The notes below the pieces were generated by a model. It was not told the DNA's origin and made no database searches. It worked only from the letters and a program-made list of their open reading frames with translations. From Promethearchaeia archaeon (GTDB lineage Archaea; Asgardarchaeota; Lokiarchaeia; Sigyniarchaeales; SOKP01): 64,000 nucleotides of DNA. The stretch spans positions 1 through 64,000 of the forward strand of contig JAHQWL010000092.1 in assembly GCA_029856155.1 (NCBI GenBank), read 5' to 3'. This document shows, piece after piece, positions 51,068-60,279 of the stretch (positions are counted from its first letter, which is position 1; the number at the start of each line of letters is the position of its first letter). The position numbers and the translations under genes are program-made.

Positions 51068-52261
51068 ATGAATGATTTAATTGAAAAAGCAAAAGAACAC
51101 TTTGAGAAACTTGTAAGAGAGCAACTTGAACGTGTAGAACGGATGAAACAAGCAGAAGATTGGACTGATTATTCTTCGATTAAACCAATTATAATTGGTG
51201 TCGCTGGAGGTGATGGTATTGGCCCTGAAATTACAAAACATGCTCGTGCAATTATGGAATTCATTCTAAAAGAGGAAATTGAAAATGGAAGCGTTGAAAT
51301 AAGAGATATTGAAGGCTTAACGATTGAAAATAGAGCCAAACATATGAAAGCAATACCGGATGATGTTCTTGAACAATTAAAGAAATGTCATGTGATTCTA
51401 AAAGGTCCTACGCTTACTCCTCGTAAGGGTGACCAATGGCCAAATATTGAAAGTGCTAATGTTACCATGAGACGTGAGTTAGATCTTTTCGCCAATGTTC
51501 GTCCAGTTAAAGTTCCAGAATTAGGAATAGATTGGATGTTTTTCAGAGAAAATACAGAGGGCGCATATGTATTAGGTTCGAAAGGAATTAATATTTCAGA
51601 GGATTTATCAATAGATTTTAAAGTAATAACTAAGCAAGGTTCGGATAGGATTATACGTTTAGCTTTTGATTACGCAGCAAAAAATAATATTAATCGGGTG
51701 TCTGTAGTAACTAAAGCTAATGTCATAAAAGCCACTGATGGTAGATTCCTTGCTATGGCAGAAGAAATCGCTAAAGAATATCCACAGGTGAAATGGGATG
51801 ATTGGTATATTGATATTGCAACAGCTAAGTTAGTAGATCCCGCTCGTCAAAGTGATTTCAAGGTTTTTGTTGCTCCAAATCTTTATGGTGATATTATAAC
51901 AGATGAAGCTGCTCAAATTCAAGGTGGTGTTGGGACTGCTGGAAGTGCTAATATCGGTAAACGTTATTCTATGTTTGAAGCTATCCATGGTACTGCCCCT
52001 AGAATGGTTGAAACAGGACGCACTAAATATGCTGATCCTTCAAGTATTATAAAAGCTGCTGCGTTATTAATTAATCATATTGGTTTTGTTGAAAGAGCAA
52101 AGAAACTTGAGATGGCTCTTGATATTTGTGCTACATTTGAAAGAAAGTTGAAAATGACGGGGAGAGATACCGGTGCTACTGGAGAAGAATATGCAAAATA
52201 TATTATGGATACTATTCAAGATCCTAATCTTGAGGAAAAATGGAACAGGTATCAAAAATAA
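51068..52261 (+). CDS. Isocitrate/isopropylmalate dehydrogenase family (probably isocitrate or homoisocitrate dehydrogenase)
   Basis: GDGIGPEI, LKGP..TP, S.NV..RR.LDLFANVRP, RENTEG.Y, KANV.K, NLYGDI.TD, FEAIHGTAP. Confidence 0.9.
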   Translation: MNDLIEKAKEHFEKLVREQLERVERMKQAEDWTDYSSIKPIIIGVAGGDGIGPEITKHARAIMEFILKEEIENGSVEIRDIEGLTIENRAKHMKAIPDDVLEQLKKCHVILKGPTLTPRKGDQWPNIESANVTMRRELDLFANVRPVKVPELGIDWMFFRENTEGAYVLGSKGINISEDLSIDFKVITKQGSDRIIRLAFDYAAKNNINRVSVVTKANVIKATDGRFLAMAEEIAKEYPQVKWDDWYIDIATAKLVDPARQSDFKVFVAPNLYGDIITDEAAQIQGGVGTAGSANIGKRYSMFEAIHGTAPRMVETGRTKYADPSSIIKAAALLINHIGFVERAKKLEMALDICATFERKLKMTGRDTGATGEEYAKYIMDTIQDPNLEEKWNRYQK

Positions 52262-52455
52262 AAGAGTGAATTCAATTTTTTATTTAACTTAAAAAGATTT
52301 TTTTTATTTTTGGTAATTATATATGTCTAATGCAACAGGCATGAATATGCAAATACCCAAAATTGTTGGATTGTTAAAATTATTATAAAAATAAAAGAAA
52401 TGTTATAATCTAAACATAAATTATTTATCTTTTTTTTAATTTTCTGATATGAATT

Positions 52456-52761
52456 ATGGAAGAAGTTCCAGAAGAGAAAAAAATTGTAAGAATTGATCAA
52501 GTATATGTGGTCGGAGGAAGTTTTGATGAACCTTCAGATTTTACAAACAAGGTTAATCGAAATCTTTTACTATTACATGAAAGCAAAAAATACTATAAAA
52601 TTAAAGATATAAAGTTCAATATTTTTAATGACCAACGCTTTCCTCAGTCAACTCCTATATACCTAGCCTTTATTGTTGCTGAAGTAGATGTAGATGTTAC
52701 CCCAGAACCAGAAAAAAAAAGAAAGAAGAAAAAGAAGCAAAAGAAAAAGAAGAGAATTTGA
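52456..52761 (+). CDS. Small hypothetical protein with polybasic C-terminal tail
   Basis: 101 aa; alpha/beta-looking core (F..KVN..L...IKDIKF) and tail KKRKKKKKQKKKKRI. Confidence 0.7.
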   Translation: MEEVPEEKKIVRIDQVYVVGGSFDEPSDFTNKVNRNLLLLHESKKYYKIKDIKFNIFNDQRFPQSTPIYLAFIVAEVDVDVTPEPEKKRKKKKKQKKKKRI

Positions 52762-52961
52762 TAATATTATTATACTTTTAACTCCTGAAGTTATACCACA
52801 GATAATAGAGGCTTTAGTTGAGAATAGCAACAAAAGTTCATTACCTTTAAATCAATTTTATAATTACGATTGATACATTTACCTTATTTTTTAAACTAAA
52901 ATTCAATGATGGGTTCCCATTCCCTTAGTAGAATCATTCAATTGTTATTATATGATAATTT

Positions 52962-53609
52962 TTAACTGAATATTGTGTGATAAATTATTTTTTCTATTTT
53001 CCGCAAATGTTCATATAATGCACTCCGAGAAATTTTAAAATGATTCGCGATTTTCTTTGAATTGATTCTACGAGGTATTTCAAAATATCCATGCTGAATA
53101 GCGTAATACACAATTTCTTTCTGACGGTCTGTTAATTTTAAAAAAAGATTTTCATAGTTAACTTTTATGTTAGATATGCTTAGAATCTCCAATTTTCCTT
53201 CATAAAAGTGATTTAAGGAATTAACGAATTCATCAATATTTTTACTTTCTGTTATAATACTTACTAAAAGACGATCTTTATCTAGAATAATAGGAGGATC
53301 GATAATCAGATCTAGTTTATCGAGGAATTCTTTCGTTTCCTTAACCCAGTTATGCTTAGAAAAGAAAATGTATTCTTTATTCCCCCTATCCTCATTTATC
53401 ACTTCTATATATGACATCCCATAATGTTCGCCTTCCAACATTTTCGGATGCATTTTAGGATCCTTGAATTTTACCTTCTGTGTTGCAAAGATTTGATCCT
53501 CGTCTTGACGGTGTATTTGGAGTAATTCATATTTTTCCAATAGGTCAAAGAATTCCTTAGACTTTGGATCTAAAGGTATTTTCAGAACAATCTTTTTTAA
53601 TTGCTTCAT
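52962..53609 (-). CDS. HTH-10 (Bat-type) transcriptional regulator, copy 3
   Basis: LTDRQKEI...GYFEIPRR...IA.HF.IS....EHLRKIE; paralogue of 28152 and 33639. Confidence 0.9.
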   Translation of the reverse strand: MKQLKKIVLKIPLDPKSKEFFDLLEKYELLQIHRQDEDQIFATQKVKFKDPKMHPKMLEGEHYGMSYIEVINEDRGNKEYIFFSKHNWVKETKEFLDKLDLIIDPPIILDKDRLLVSIITESKNIDEFVNSLNHFYEGKLEILSISNIKVNYENLFLKLTDRQKEIVYYAIQHGYFEIPRRINSKKIANHFKISRSALYEHLRKIEKIIYHTIFS

Positions 53610-53639
53610 TTGTTAGTATAAATATTAACAGATTTAGAT

Positions 53640-53657
53640 AACTTGAATTTTCAAGCT
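53640..53657. promoter_or_regulatory. Palindromic operator variant AACTTG-aatttt-CAAGCT
   Basis: Divergent promoter of HTH-10 copy 3 and the hydrolase; extra half-site CAAGCA at 53748-53753. Confidence 0.6.
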
Positions 53658-53697
53658 TAAGATTATTATATAAATAAAAATTCTCTTTTAATTAGCT

Positions 53698-53716
53698 TTA
53701 TGGTATATTACCATAA
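53698..53716. promoter_or_regulatory. Second inverted repeat TTATGGTA-tat-TACCATAA
   Basis: Perfect 8-bp arms in the same divergent promoter. Confidence 0.4.
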
Positions 53717-53806
53717 GTTAGATTAAAATGGATTTAAAAATTAATATCAAGCACTTTTCATAATTAAAAAAAAAATAACTAAATAAAAAAAAATAGGTGT
53801 ATTATT

Positions 53807-56212
53807 ATAAACGCAAAAGAGTCTTCTGAATTAAGCGATCCTCTTTTCACCGAGCCATATATAGATATTGATGAGTGGCGGGACGATCCCGCACGCCATC
53901 GATACGTTCATGGTGGTTTTAAAGGCACCGATGCCAGATTTTCGTTCTATTTCCCACCGAAGGAGCAATATGAAGGCCGGTTCTTCCAATATATTATGCC
54001 GATGTCTGGGGATGAGAATCAAGCACAGCACCCATCTTACCCAGATCCCCCCTACGCATTAAGCTTTATCTTCGAGAGTGGCGGCTATTTAGTGGAATCT
54101 AACCTAGGGCGGCTGGATATGTTCCCAGGGGATGATCCCACCATCGCCGGATATCGGACCAGTGTGGCAGTAGCGAAATATTCGCGCGTTTTGGCTTCTG
54201 AAATGTATGGTCCCCACCGCTCCTATGGTTATGCTTGGGGCGGTAGCGGTGGAGGATATAAGACAATAAGTTGTATAGAAACCACAGTTGGTGTCTGGGA
54301 CGGCGTGGTGCCATTTATTCACGCAACACCGATGGCTATGATCAATGTATTCTCGGTACAGGCTCATGCAATGCGCGTGTTAAAAGATAAAATGCCAGCC
54401 ATCATCGATGCAGTAGAACCTGGTGGTAGCGGAGATATGTATACTGATCTAAATGAAGAGGAACGAGAGGCGCTTACCGAAGTGACTAAGATGGGATTTC
54501 CGCCACGAGCTTGGTTCAATTACAGGAGAATAGCGTTCGGCTACACCGGAGTCTTAACTACACTCCTTGATCCAATGATTAAATGGGATCCCACGTACTT
54601 TGAGGATTTTTGGAAGGAACCGGGCTACCTTGGTGCGAATCCGCCCCAATCGCTCTTAGACGCCCGGATTAAACACGATACAACCATAAGCAAGCTTATT
54701 ATGCCCGAAGATATCAAGAAAATGGGAGGGGCATTGTCTATATCTGCCGGGCAAGCTGGTAACGTAGTCCCAGCAGGGTTTGTATTAGAAAGCGTGCCTG
54801 AAGGGGACATACAGGGAGCTTCAATATTCTTGAAAAGTGGTGAAGCAGAGGGTTGCGTAGTTTACGCTGTTGCAGCATTCGATAACATGGTAATGCTAGC
54901 CTATGGCGAAGAAAACTACCAGTTTTTGGCAGCTGTCAAGGTGGGTGATGAAGTGCAGATCGACAACTCTAATTATCTCGCTACTCAAACCTATCATCGC
55001 CATCAGGTTCCGTCACCTGATTATTATGTCTGGAACCAGTTCCGGGGCATTGATGGTAAACCGTTGTATCCGCAACGACCCGAGATACTGGGGCCGCGTC
55101 ATGCGTATCAAGGCGCTGGTTCGGTCCAGACGGGCAAGTTTGAGGGCAAGATGATCGTAGTAGAAATGTTAATGGACGAGGCTGCCTATCCTTGGCAAGC
55201 CGACTGGTATCGCTCGAAGGTGAAAGTCGCATTGGGAGGAAAATTCGATGATAACTATCGGCTCTGGTTCATTGACAATGCAATGCATACACCACCGGTG
55301 ATCACACCGTTAGACTCCCATCCAGCAATAACCACCCGAGTTATTAACTATAGTGGTGTATTACAACAGGCACTGCGCGATGTGAGTGCATGGGTTGAAA
55401 AAGGCGTAGCACCCCCTGCAAGTACTACATATAAAGTGGTAGATGGCCAAGTGGAAGTGCCACCGACTGCTACGGAGCGTAAGGGAGTTCAACCAGTGGT
55501 CACTGTTACAGTAAACGGAGGTGAGCGTGCAGATGTCAAGGTCGGGAAGAAACTTAAGTTTTCCGCGGTTATCGAAACACCACCGGATGCCGGTTCGGTA
55601 GTTGGTGTGGAATGGGATTTCGAGGGCGCTGGTGACTATCCAATCACCGAGCATCTAAAAAACACCAAAAGCAATCATGTAGAGGTGAAAACCACTTATA
55701 CTTTCTCCGAGAGTAGCACTTACTTTCCGGCGATTCGTGTAACCTCGCAAAGACAGGGCGACCCTCAAACTCGTCATGCACGAATCCAGAACATCGGTCG
55801 CGTGAGGGTCGTGGTAAGTGGTAAAGAAAAACAAAAACAAGAACCTGAAGGTAAAGAATTAATATTAGACTTAAAAGAGAAACCCGCCGATTTTCAAAAA
55901 ATAGTAAACAAGTTCTTTGATGCAATCGGACAACATACTACTGTAGTTCAGGGAAGAGAGATTTCAACCAATGAGATTGGACCAAGAACTGAACGTTCCA
56001 CAAAATTCGAAGTTGTTCCTTCAGCTGGTGAAACTTTTTATACCATAAGTTTTGAAGATACAGAGTCTGGTATTGGCGTTTTTGTTGAAATAGATATTAC
56101 AGTCTCGGGAGCCTATAAAATGATGGCAAAAATGATAAAAAAAATGACATCAAAATCGATTAAAGAAAATGCGATAGAAACTCTCAATAAAATTTTAAAA
56201 GAAAATGAATGA
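53807..56212 (+). CDS. Tannase-like alpha/beta hydrolase with PKD-like domain and C-terminal START/SRPBCC-like extension; probable ATA start
   Basis: GGSGG nucleophile elbow and WDFEG.G PKD-like motif; the frame is open upstream of 53996 (DPLFTEPYIDIDEWR...RYVHGGF.GT..RFSFYFP) back to TAA 53780 with no ATG/GTG/TTG; AGGTG SD at 53795. Confidence 0.72.
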   Translation: MNAKESSELSDPLFTEPYIDIDEWRDDPARHRYVHGGFKGTDARFSFYFPPKEQYEGRFFQYIMPMSGDENQAQHPSYPDPPYALSFIFESGGYLVESNLGRLDMFPGDDPTIAGYRTSVAVAKYSRVLASEMYGPHRSYGYAWGGSGGGYKTISCIETTVGVWDGVVPFIHATPMAMINVFSVQAHAMRVLKDKMPAIIDAVEPGGSGDMYTDLNEEEREALTEVTKMGFPPRAWFNYRRIAFGYTGVLTTLLDPMIKWDPTYFEDFWKEPGYLGANPPQSLLDARIKHDTTISKLIMPEDIKKMGGALSISAGQAGNVVPAGFVLESVPEGDIQGASIFLKSGEAEGCVVYAVAAFDNMVMLAYGEENYQFLAAVKVGDEVQIDNSNYLATQTYHRHQVPSPDYYVWNQFRGIDGKPLYPQRPEILGPRHAYQGAGSVQTGKFEGKMIVVEMLMDEAAYPWQADWYRSKVKVALGGKFDDNYRLWFIDNAMHTPPVITPLDSHPAITTRVINYSGVLQQALRDVSAWVEKGVAPPASTTYKVVDGQVEVPPTATERKGVQPVVTVTVNGGERADVKVGKKLKFSAVIETPPDAGSVVGVEWDFEGAGDYPITEHLKNTKSNHVEVKTTYTFSESSTYFPAIRVTSQRQGDPQTRHARIQNIGRVRVVVSGKEKQKQEPEGKELILDLKEKPADFQKIVNKFFDAIGQHTTVVQGREISTNEIGPRTERSTKFEVVPSAGETFYTISFEDTESGIGVFVEIDITVSGAYKMMAKMIKKMTSKSIKENAIETLNKILKENE

Positions 56213-56405
56213 TCTCTTGGATTTAGCATTTCCTGATCATTCCCTTTTTTTTTTCTTCTTGTGGACTAATAATTATCAATTTCCTCCAAAAAGTCGAATA
56301 TAAAGGGTGGGTTATCGTTCCCTTCATAGAATTAATAATCTTAATAATTAACCCCAAATTAATTGTGATGAACAATTAAAGATTGTTATTTAAAGGTCTC
56401 TTTGT

Positions 56406-57740
56406 ATGAGAAAAAAAGTTATTATCATTGGCGCTCTAGGGATGGACTTTCACGTCTTTAACACAGTCTTTAGAGACAATGAAGAATATGATGTTATAGC
56501 ATTTACTATTGCAGGAGAACAAAACGTTGGTACCACGGACGAAACGGAAAGGAAATTTCCTGCTGTATTGGCTGGTAAATTATATCCTAATGGAATTCCG
56601 ATGGTCTCAGAAGATTTACTTGAAGATTATATAAGAAAATATGAAGTAGATGAAGTAGTATTTGCCTATTCTGACGTATCTCATGAAGAAGTAATGCATA
56701 AAGCCTCAAGAGCTCTTGCTGCAGGTGCTAATTACCGATTAATTTCTGGAAGATTCACCCAACTCAAAGCTAATAAACCTATGGTTGCTATATGTGCTGT
56801 AAGAACTGGATGTGGAAAAAGTCAAGTTTCTCGAGCTACATATCGATATTTACAGAGTAAGGGATATAAAGTTGTAGCAATTCGTGAACCAATGCCTTAT
56901 GGTGATCTGGTGCAACAAAATGTCATGAGATTTGAAAAATATGAAGATCTAGATAAATATGATTGCACTATTGAAGAACGTGAAGAATATGAACCTTATA
57001 TTAGGCAGGGATTAGTAATTTATTCAGGAGTTGACTACGAGAAGATAATTAGAGAAGCTGAAAAAGAAGCAGATGTAATTATTTTTGATGGGGGAAATAA
57101 TGAAATTTCTTTCTATATTACTGATTTGCTTTTTATTGTTGTTGATCCATTAAGGCCCGGACATGAAAATAAATATCATCCCGGTGAAGTTAATGCAAAA
57201 TACGCTGATGTCTTCGTAATAAACAAGATGAACAGTGCTAAACCAGAAGATGTTAAAATCGTGGAAAAAAATCTTAATGAGTTAAATCCAAAAGCAGTAA
57301 AAGTTTATACAAATTCAGTAGTTAAAGCAGAAGATCCATTAAAACTGAAGGGAAAGAAGGTTGTAGTCGTAGAAGATGGTCCTACCTTAACTCATGGAGG
57401 TATGGCAATTGGTGCAGCATATGTCGCTGCTAAAAACGCAGAAGCGAAAATAGTAGATCCTAGAAAATTCTTAGTGGGGTCTATGAAAGAAGTATACGAG
57501 GATTTTCCTCAAATCACGCAAATAGTGCCTGCCATGGGATACACAGACCAACAAATAGAAGATTTAGAAAAAACTCTTAACAATGTAAAAGCAGATATTA
57601 TTTTAAATGGAAGTCCCATAGATCTAACGAAATTAATTAAAACTAACAAACCAATTGTAAAAGTTTCATATGATATCGAGTCAATTGGAAGTCCAACAAT
57701 AGAAGAAGTGCTTGATAGTTTTATTAAGAAAAATCTCTAA
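56406..57740 (+). CDS. COG2403 P-loop protein (cyclic 2,3-diphosphoglycerate synthetase family), arginine synthetase ArcE-like
   Basis: DFH.FN, AVRTGCGKSQ, PMPYG, CTIEEREEYE, DGGNN, VEDGPTLTHGGM, PAMGY. Confidence 0.78.
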   Translation: MRKKVIIIGALGMDFHVFNTVFRDNEEYDVIAFTIAGEQNVGTTDETERKFPAVLAGKLYPNGIPMVSEDLLEDYIRKYEVDEVVFAYSDVSHEEVMHKASRALAAGANYRLISGRFTQLKANKPMVAICAVRTGCGKSQVSRATYRYLQSKGYKVVAIREPMPYGDLVQQNVMRFEKYEDLDKYDCTIEEREEYEPYIRQGLVIYSGVDYEKIIREAEKEADVIIFDGGNNEISFYITDLLFIVVDPLRPGHENKYHPGEVNAKYADVFVINKMNSAKPEDVKIVEKNLNELNPKAVKVYTNSVVKAEDPLKLKGKKVVVVEDGPTLTHGGMAIGAAYVAAKNAEAKIVDPRKFLVGSMKEVYEDFPQITQIVPAMGYTDQQIEDLEKTLNNVKADIILNGSPIDLTKLIKTNKPIVKVSYDIESIGSPTIEEVLDSFIKKNL

Positions 57741-57775
57741 ATTTCTTTTTATCTTTCTAATTTTTATATTCTATC

Positions 57776-58528
57776 ATGGCCAAAAAAAGAAAAAAGCATG
57801 TAAAACGTGGTCATCAAATAGCCATACTTATTGGTTTCCATGATAATGATGCTGTTTTTTGGAAAATATATAGTGAAAATATTAAGTTTCACAGCAGGAT
57901 AAAACGTGGAAGGAAGAGAAAAAGTCAAAATAAAAAGCACTTGTATCATTTTCATGAGGAAATCATTAACACATTAAGACCTATAATTAAAGAAGGTATC
58001 AGAAGTGTAATACTACTCTCCCCACCGAAAGATGAATATTCAAATGAGTTTCTTAATCACGTTAATAAACATCATTCATGGCTATTAAAAAAAGGAGATA
58101 GACAGGTTGTTTTTTCTAAAATCATAGCTAATCAAGCGAAGACTCAAAAGGATGTCTATTACCTAAAAACTCAAGAATATTTTAGAGATATCGTTGATGA
58201 AACTTCAAATCAAGAAGGATTGTTAATTTTAGAAGAATTGAAAGAAATTATTAACAAAAATGAAAAATTCTCTAAAATCCTTTATACTTGGAGAGAAATC
58301 GAAAATGAACTGAGATTGATTAAAAAAAATCCTAATTTACCTAAACCAAATTATATTATTCTAACTGAAGAATATCAAAAGAATCCAAAAAATAGAAATA
58401 AAATGCAACGGATACTACAAATCGCAAGAAATCTTGAGATTAAAACTAAAATTGTTAAGCTAGAATCCGAGGCAGGTACTATCGTCGACCAATTTGGAGG
58501 ATTAATCTGTTATATTAGAAAAAAGTGA
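57776..58528 (+). CDS. Pelota/aRF1-like protein (middle and C-terminal domains only)
   Basis: FHEEII..L......VILLSP....EF resembles domain 2; ESEAG..VDQFGGLIC resembles the eRF1_3 C-terminal motif. Confidence 0.55.
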   Translation: MAKKRKKHVKRGHQIAILIGFHDNDAVFWKIYSENIKFHSRIKRGRKRKSQNKKHLYHFHEEIINTLRPIIKEGIRSVILLSPPKDEYSNEFLNHVNKHHSWLLKKGDRQVVFSKIIANQAKTQKDVYYLKTQEYFRDIVDETSNQEGLLILEELKEIINKNEKFSKILYTWREIENELRLIKKNPNLPKPNYIILTEEYQKNPKNRNKMQRILQIARNLEIKTKIVKLESEAGTIVDQFGGLICYIRKK

Positions 58529-58582
58529 TGAATTTATTTTTTTTATCCTACAATTAAGAAGTTTCATCATTTATTTTTATTT

Positions 58583-59083
58583 TTAGCCCTTTTTCATATA
58601 ATGGATATAAATCCCGAGCCCTATGAAAAAAACTCCTAAATCCATTGATAAGGCTCCAATCCAAGTACGATATACTCCAAGTCCTATTTTTACTGCATCA
58701 TCAAAAAGAAGTGGTACTCCAGTCGCATTAGGATTTATTACACTCATTGGCCATCCAATCAGATCTAAAACCCAATGGCTAAAAACTACTATTCCTATAA
58801 TCAATGTGGTATTTAAGTCAATCATACTCCAACTTATTGATTTGTTTGTTTTATCTTGTTCCTTCTTTGAATTTATATATGCTGTAATGAATGCTGTTAT
58901 TATCATAGCTATAATTGTCCAAACAACCGACATAAAGAGACCATGCGAAATCCATATTGCAGATAAGAAAACAAAGGATAATATATCAATAAACATGGAA
59001 CTTATTAATAGAATCCAAAGAGGTATTCGAGGAGCAAATCGCTTGGTAGCAAATCCTATTCCAAGATGAGCTAAAGCAGGCAT
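58583..59083 (-). CDS. Membrane protein, YdjM/metal-dependent hydrolase-like
   Basis: AHLG, D, SHG and SHWVLD motifs within 4-5 hydrophobic segments. Confidence 0.7.
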   Translation of the reverse strand: MPALAHLGIGFATKRFAPRIPLWILLISSMFIDILSFVFLSAIWISHGLFMSVVWTIIAMIITAFITAYINSKKEQDKTNKSISWSMIDLNTTLIIGIVVFSHWVLDLIGWPMSVINPNATGVPLLFDDAVKIGLGVYRTWIGALSMDLGVFFIGLGIYIHYMKKG

Positions 59084-59219
59084 AATAATTGAATAAAGAA
59101 ATTTTAATATTAAAATTATTTAGTCCGATTTTTAATAAAAAAGTTGTAATCTCAATATATTCCCAATTTTATAACATTAAGAAATTTTGGTACTTAAATC
59201 CATTTTCACAAACCAAAGA

Positions 59220-59285
59220 TTTATATATAAAAACTTACTCATAGTAATTATATTACCATTAGTAAGTATTCTACTATGGGTAAGT
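59220..59285 (+). promoter_or_regulatory. Archaeal promoter (TTTATATA) followed by three TTAC-N5-GTAA boxes with 18-bp period
   Basis: Boxes at 59235-59247, 59253-59265 and 59271-59283 (third is CTAC); upstream of the operon that contains TetR. Confidence 0.75.
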
Positions 59286-59312
59286 GATTAAAAAACTAAG
59301 AAAAGAAAGGTT

Positions 59313-60260
59313 ATGAGTATGGTTTTCGAAATTTATTATTTTTCAGGTACTGGCAATTCACTTTACGTTGCCGAAGAATTGCGACAACACATTCTGGATT
59401 TAAAACTCATTCCAATTGCAGCGTTATTAAATAAAAAATCATATGAGAAAAAAATAGATATTAAAACTAATGCAAAATCTATTGGTTTTGTTTTTCCTTG
59501 TCATGGAGTAACAATTCCGGTTCCAGTGAAAAGATTCTTAAAATCCCTCGATCTGAAATCTTCTGAGTATCTTTTTGCAATTGTGACCCGTGGGGGATCT
59601 GTTTTTCGCGGTTTTGCCGCTATTGACAAAATCCTACGTAAAAAGGGAAAGCAATTAGACGCAAGCTTTGTCATCAATATGGGTATGAATGATCCAAAAT
59701 TAAAATCCTTTAACATCCCTACCAATGAGGAGTTAAAAGCGATTGAAATGAAAGTGCAGGAAAAACTCGAAATAATTCAAAAGATTATAACTAATCATGA
59801 AATATTTCACGACATAACTAGCGGGATTTCATTTTCACGTTTTAAATCATTTAATTATATTTTAGAAAGACTTGTGCCATTTACATTGCACCATATAGCC
59901 ACAAAAGTTAAAAAGTATTTTTATGTAAATACTAATTGCATAGGATGTGGAATTTGTGAGAAAGTGTGCCTTTCGCAGAAGATTACTATAGTTAACGACA
60001 GACCTATTTGGCAGAGAAATATTGAGTGTTATTACTGTTATGCATGCCTGAATTTTTGTCCTACACAAGCAATTCAAATTTACTCAAAGTTTTACATGAA
60101 ATCCTTCACTGAAGAGAAAGGAAGATATCCGCATCCATATGCTCAAGTAAAAGATATGGTTAATCAAAAGTCAAATCTCTCTCCAGCTTTGGATAACCAA
60201 AGTAGACACCTTACTATTGGTAACAAAAAAAAACTTGTAATAACGCAACCAGAAAGATAA
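59313..60260 (+). CDS. EFR1-family flavodoxin-ferredoxin fusion
   Basis: YYFSGTGNS; CIGCGICEKVC and CYYCYACLNFCP 4Fe-4S motifs; RY.HP. Confidence 0.92.
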   Translation: MSMVFEIYYFSGTGNSLYVAEELRQHILDLKLIPIAALLNKKSYEKKIDIKTNAKSIGFVFPCHGVTIPVPVKRFLKSLDLKSSEYLFAIVTRGGSVFRGFAAIDKILRKKGKQLDASFVINMGMNDPKLKSFNIPTNEELKAIEMKVQEKLEIIQKIITNHEIFHDITSGISFSRFKSFNYILERLVPFTLHHIATKVKKYFYVNTNCIGCGICEKVCLSQKITIVNDRPIWQRNIECYYCYACLNFCPTQAIQIYSKFYMKSFTEEKGRYPHPYAQVKDMVNQKSNLSPALDNQSRHLTIGNKKKLVITQPER

Positions 60261-60279
60261 AAATAAGTGGTGAACTAAA

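Noticed and set aside
4878-52261. A complete reductive TCA cycle operon
   Set aside because: Aconitase, fumC, aclBA and the icd-family gene are scattered, and OGOR and fumarate reductase are absent from the window; autotrophy cannot be claimed
53831-55925. Many short overlapping ORFs within the hydrolase gene
   Set aside because: Expected from the locally high GC (fewer stop codons); no motifs or SD support
59233-59285. Mini-CRISPR or tandem repeat array
   Set aside because: Units are 13-bp palindromes with 5-nt gaps, far too short for repeat-spacer structure, and there are no cas genes
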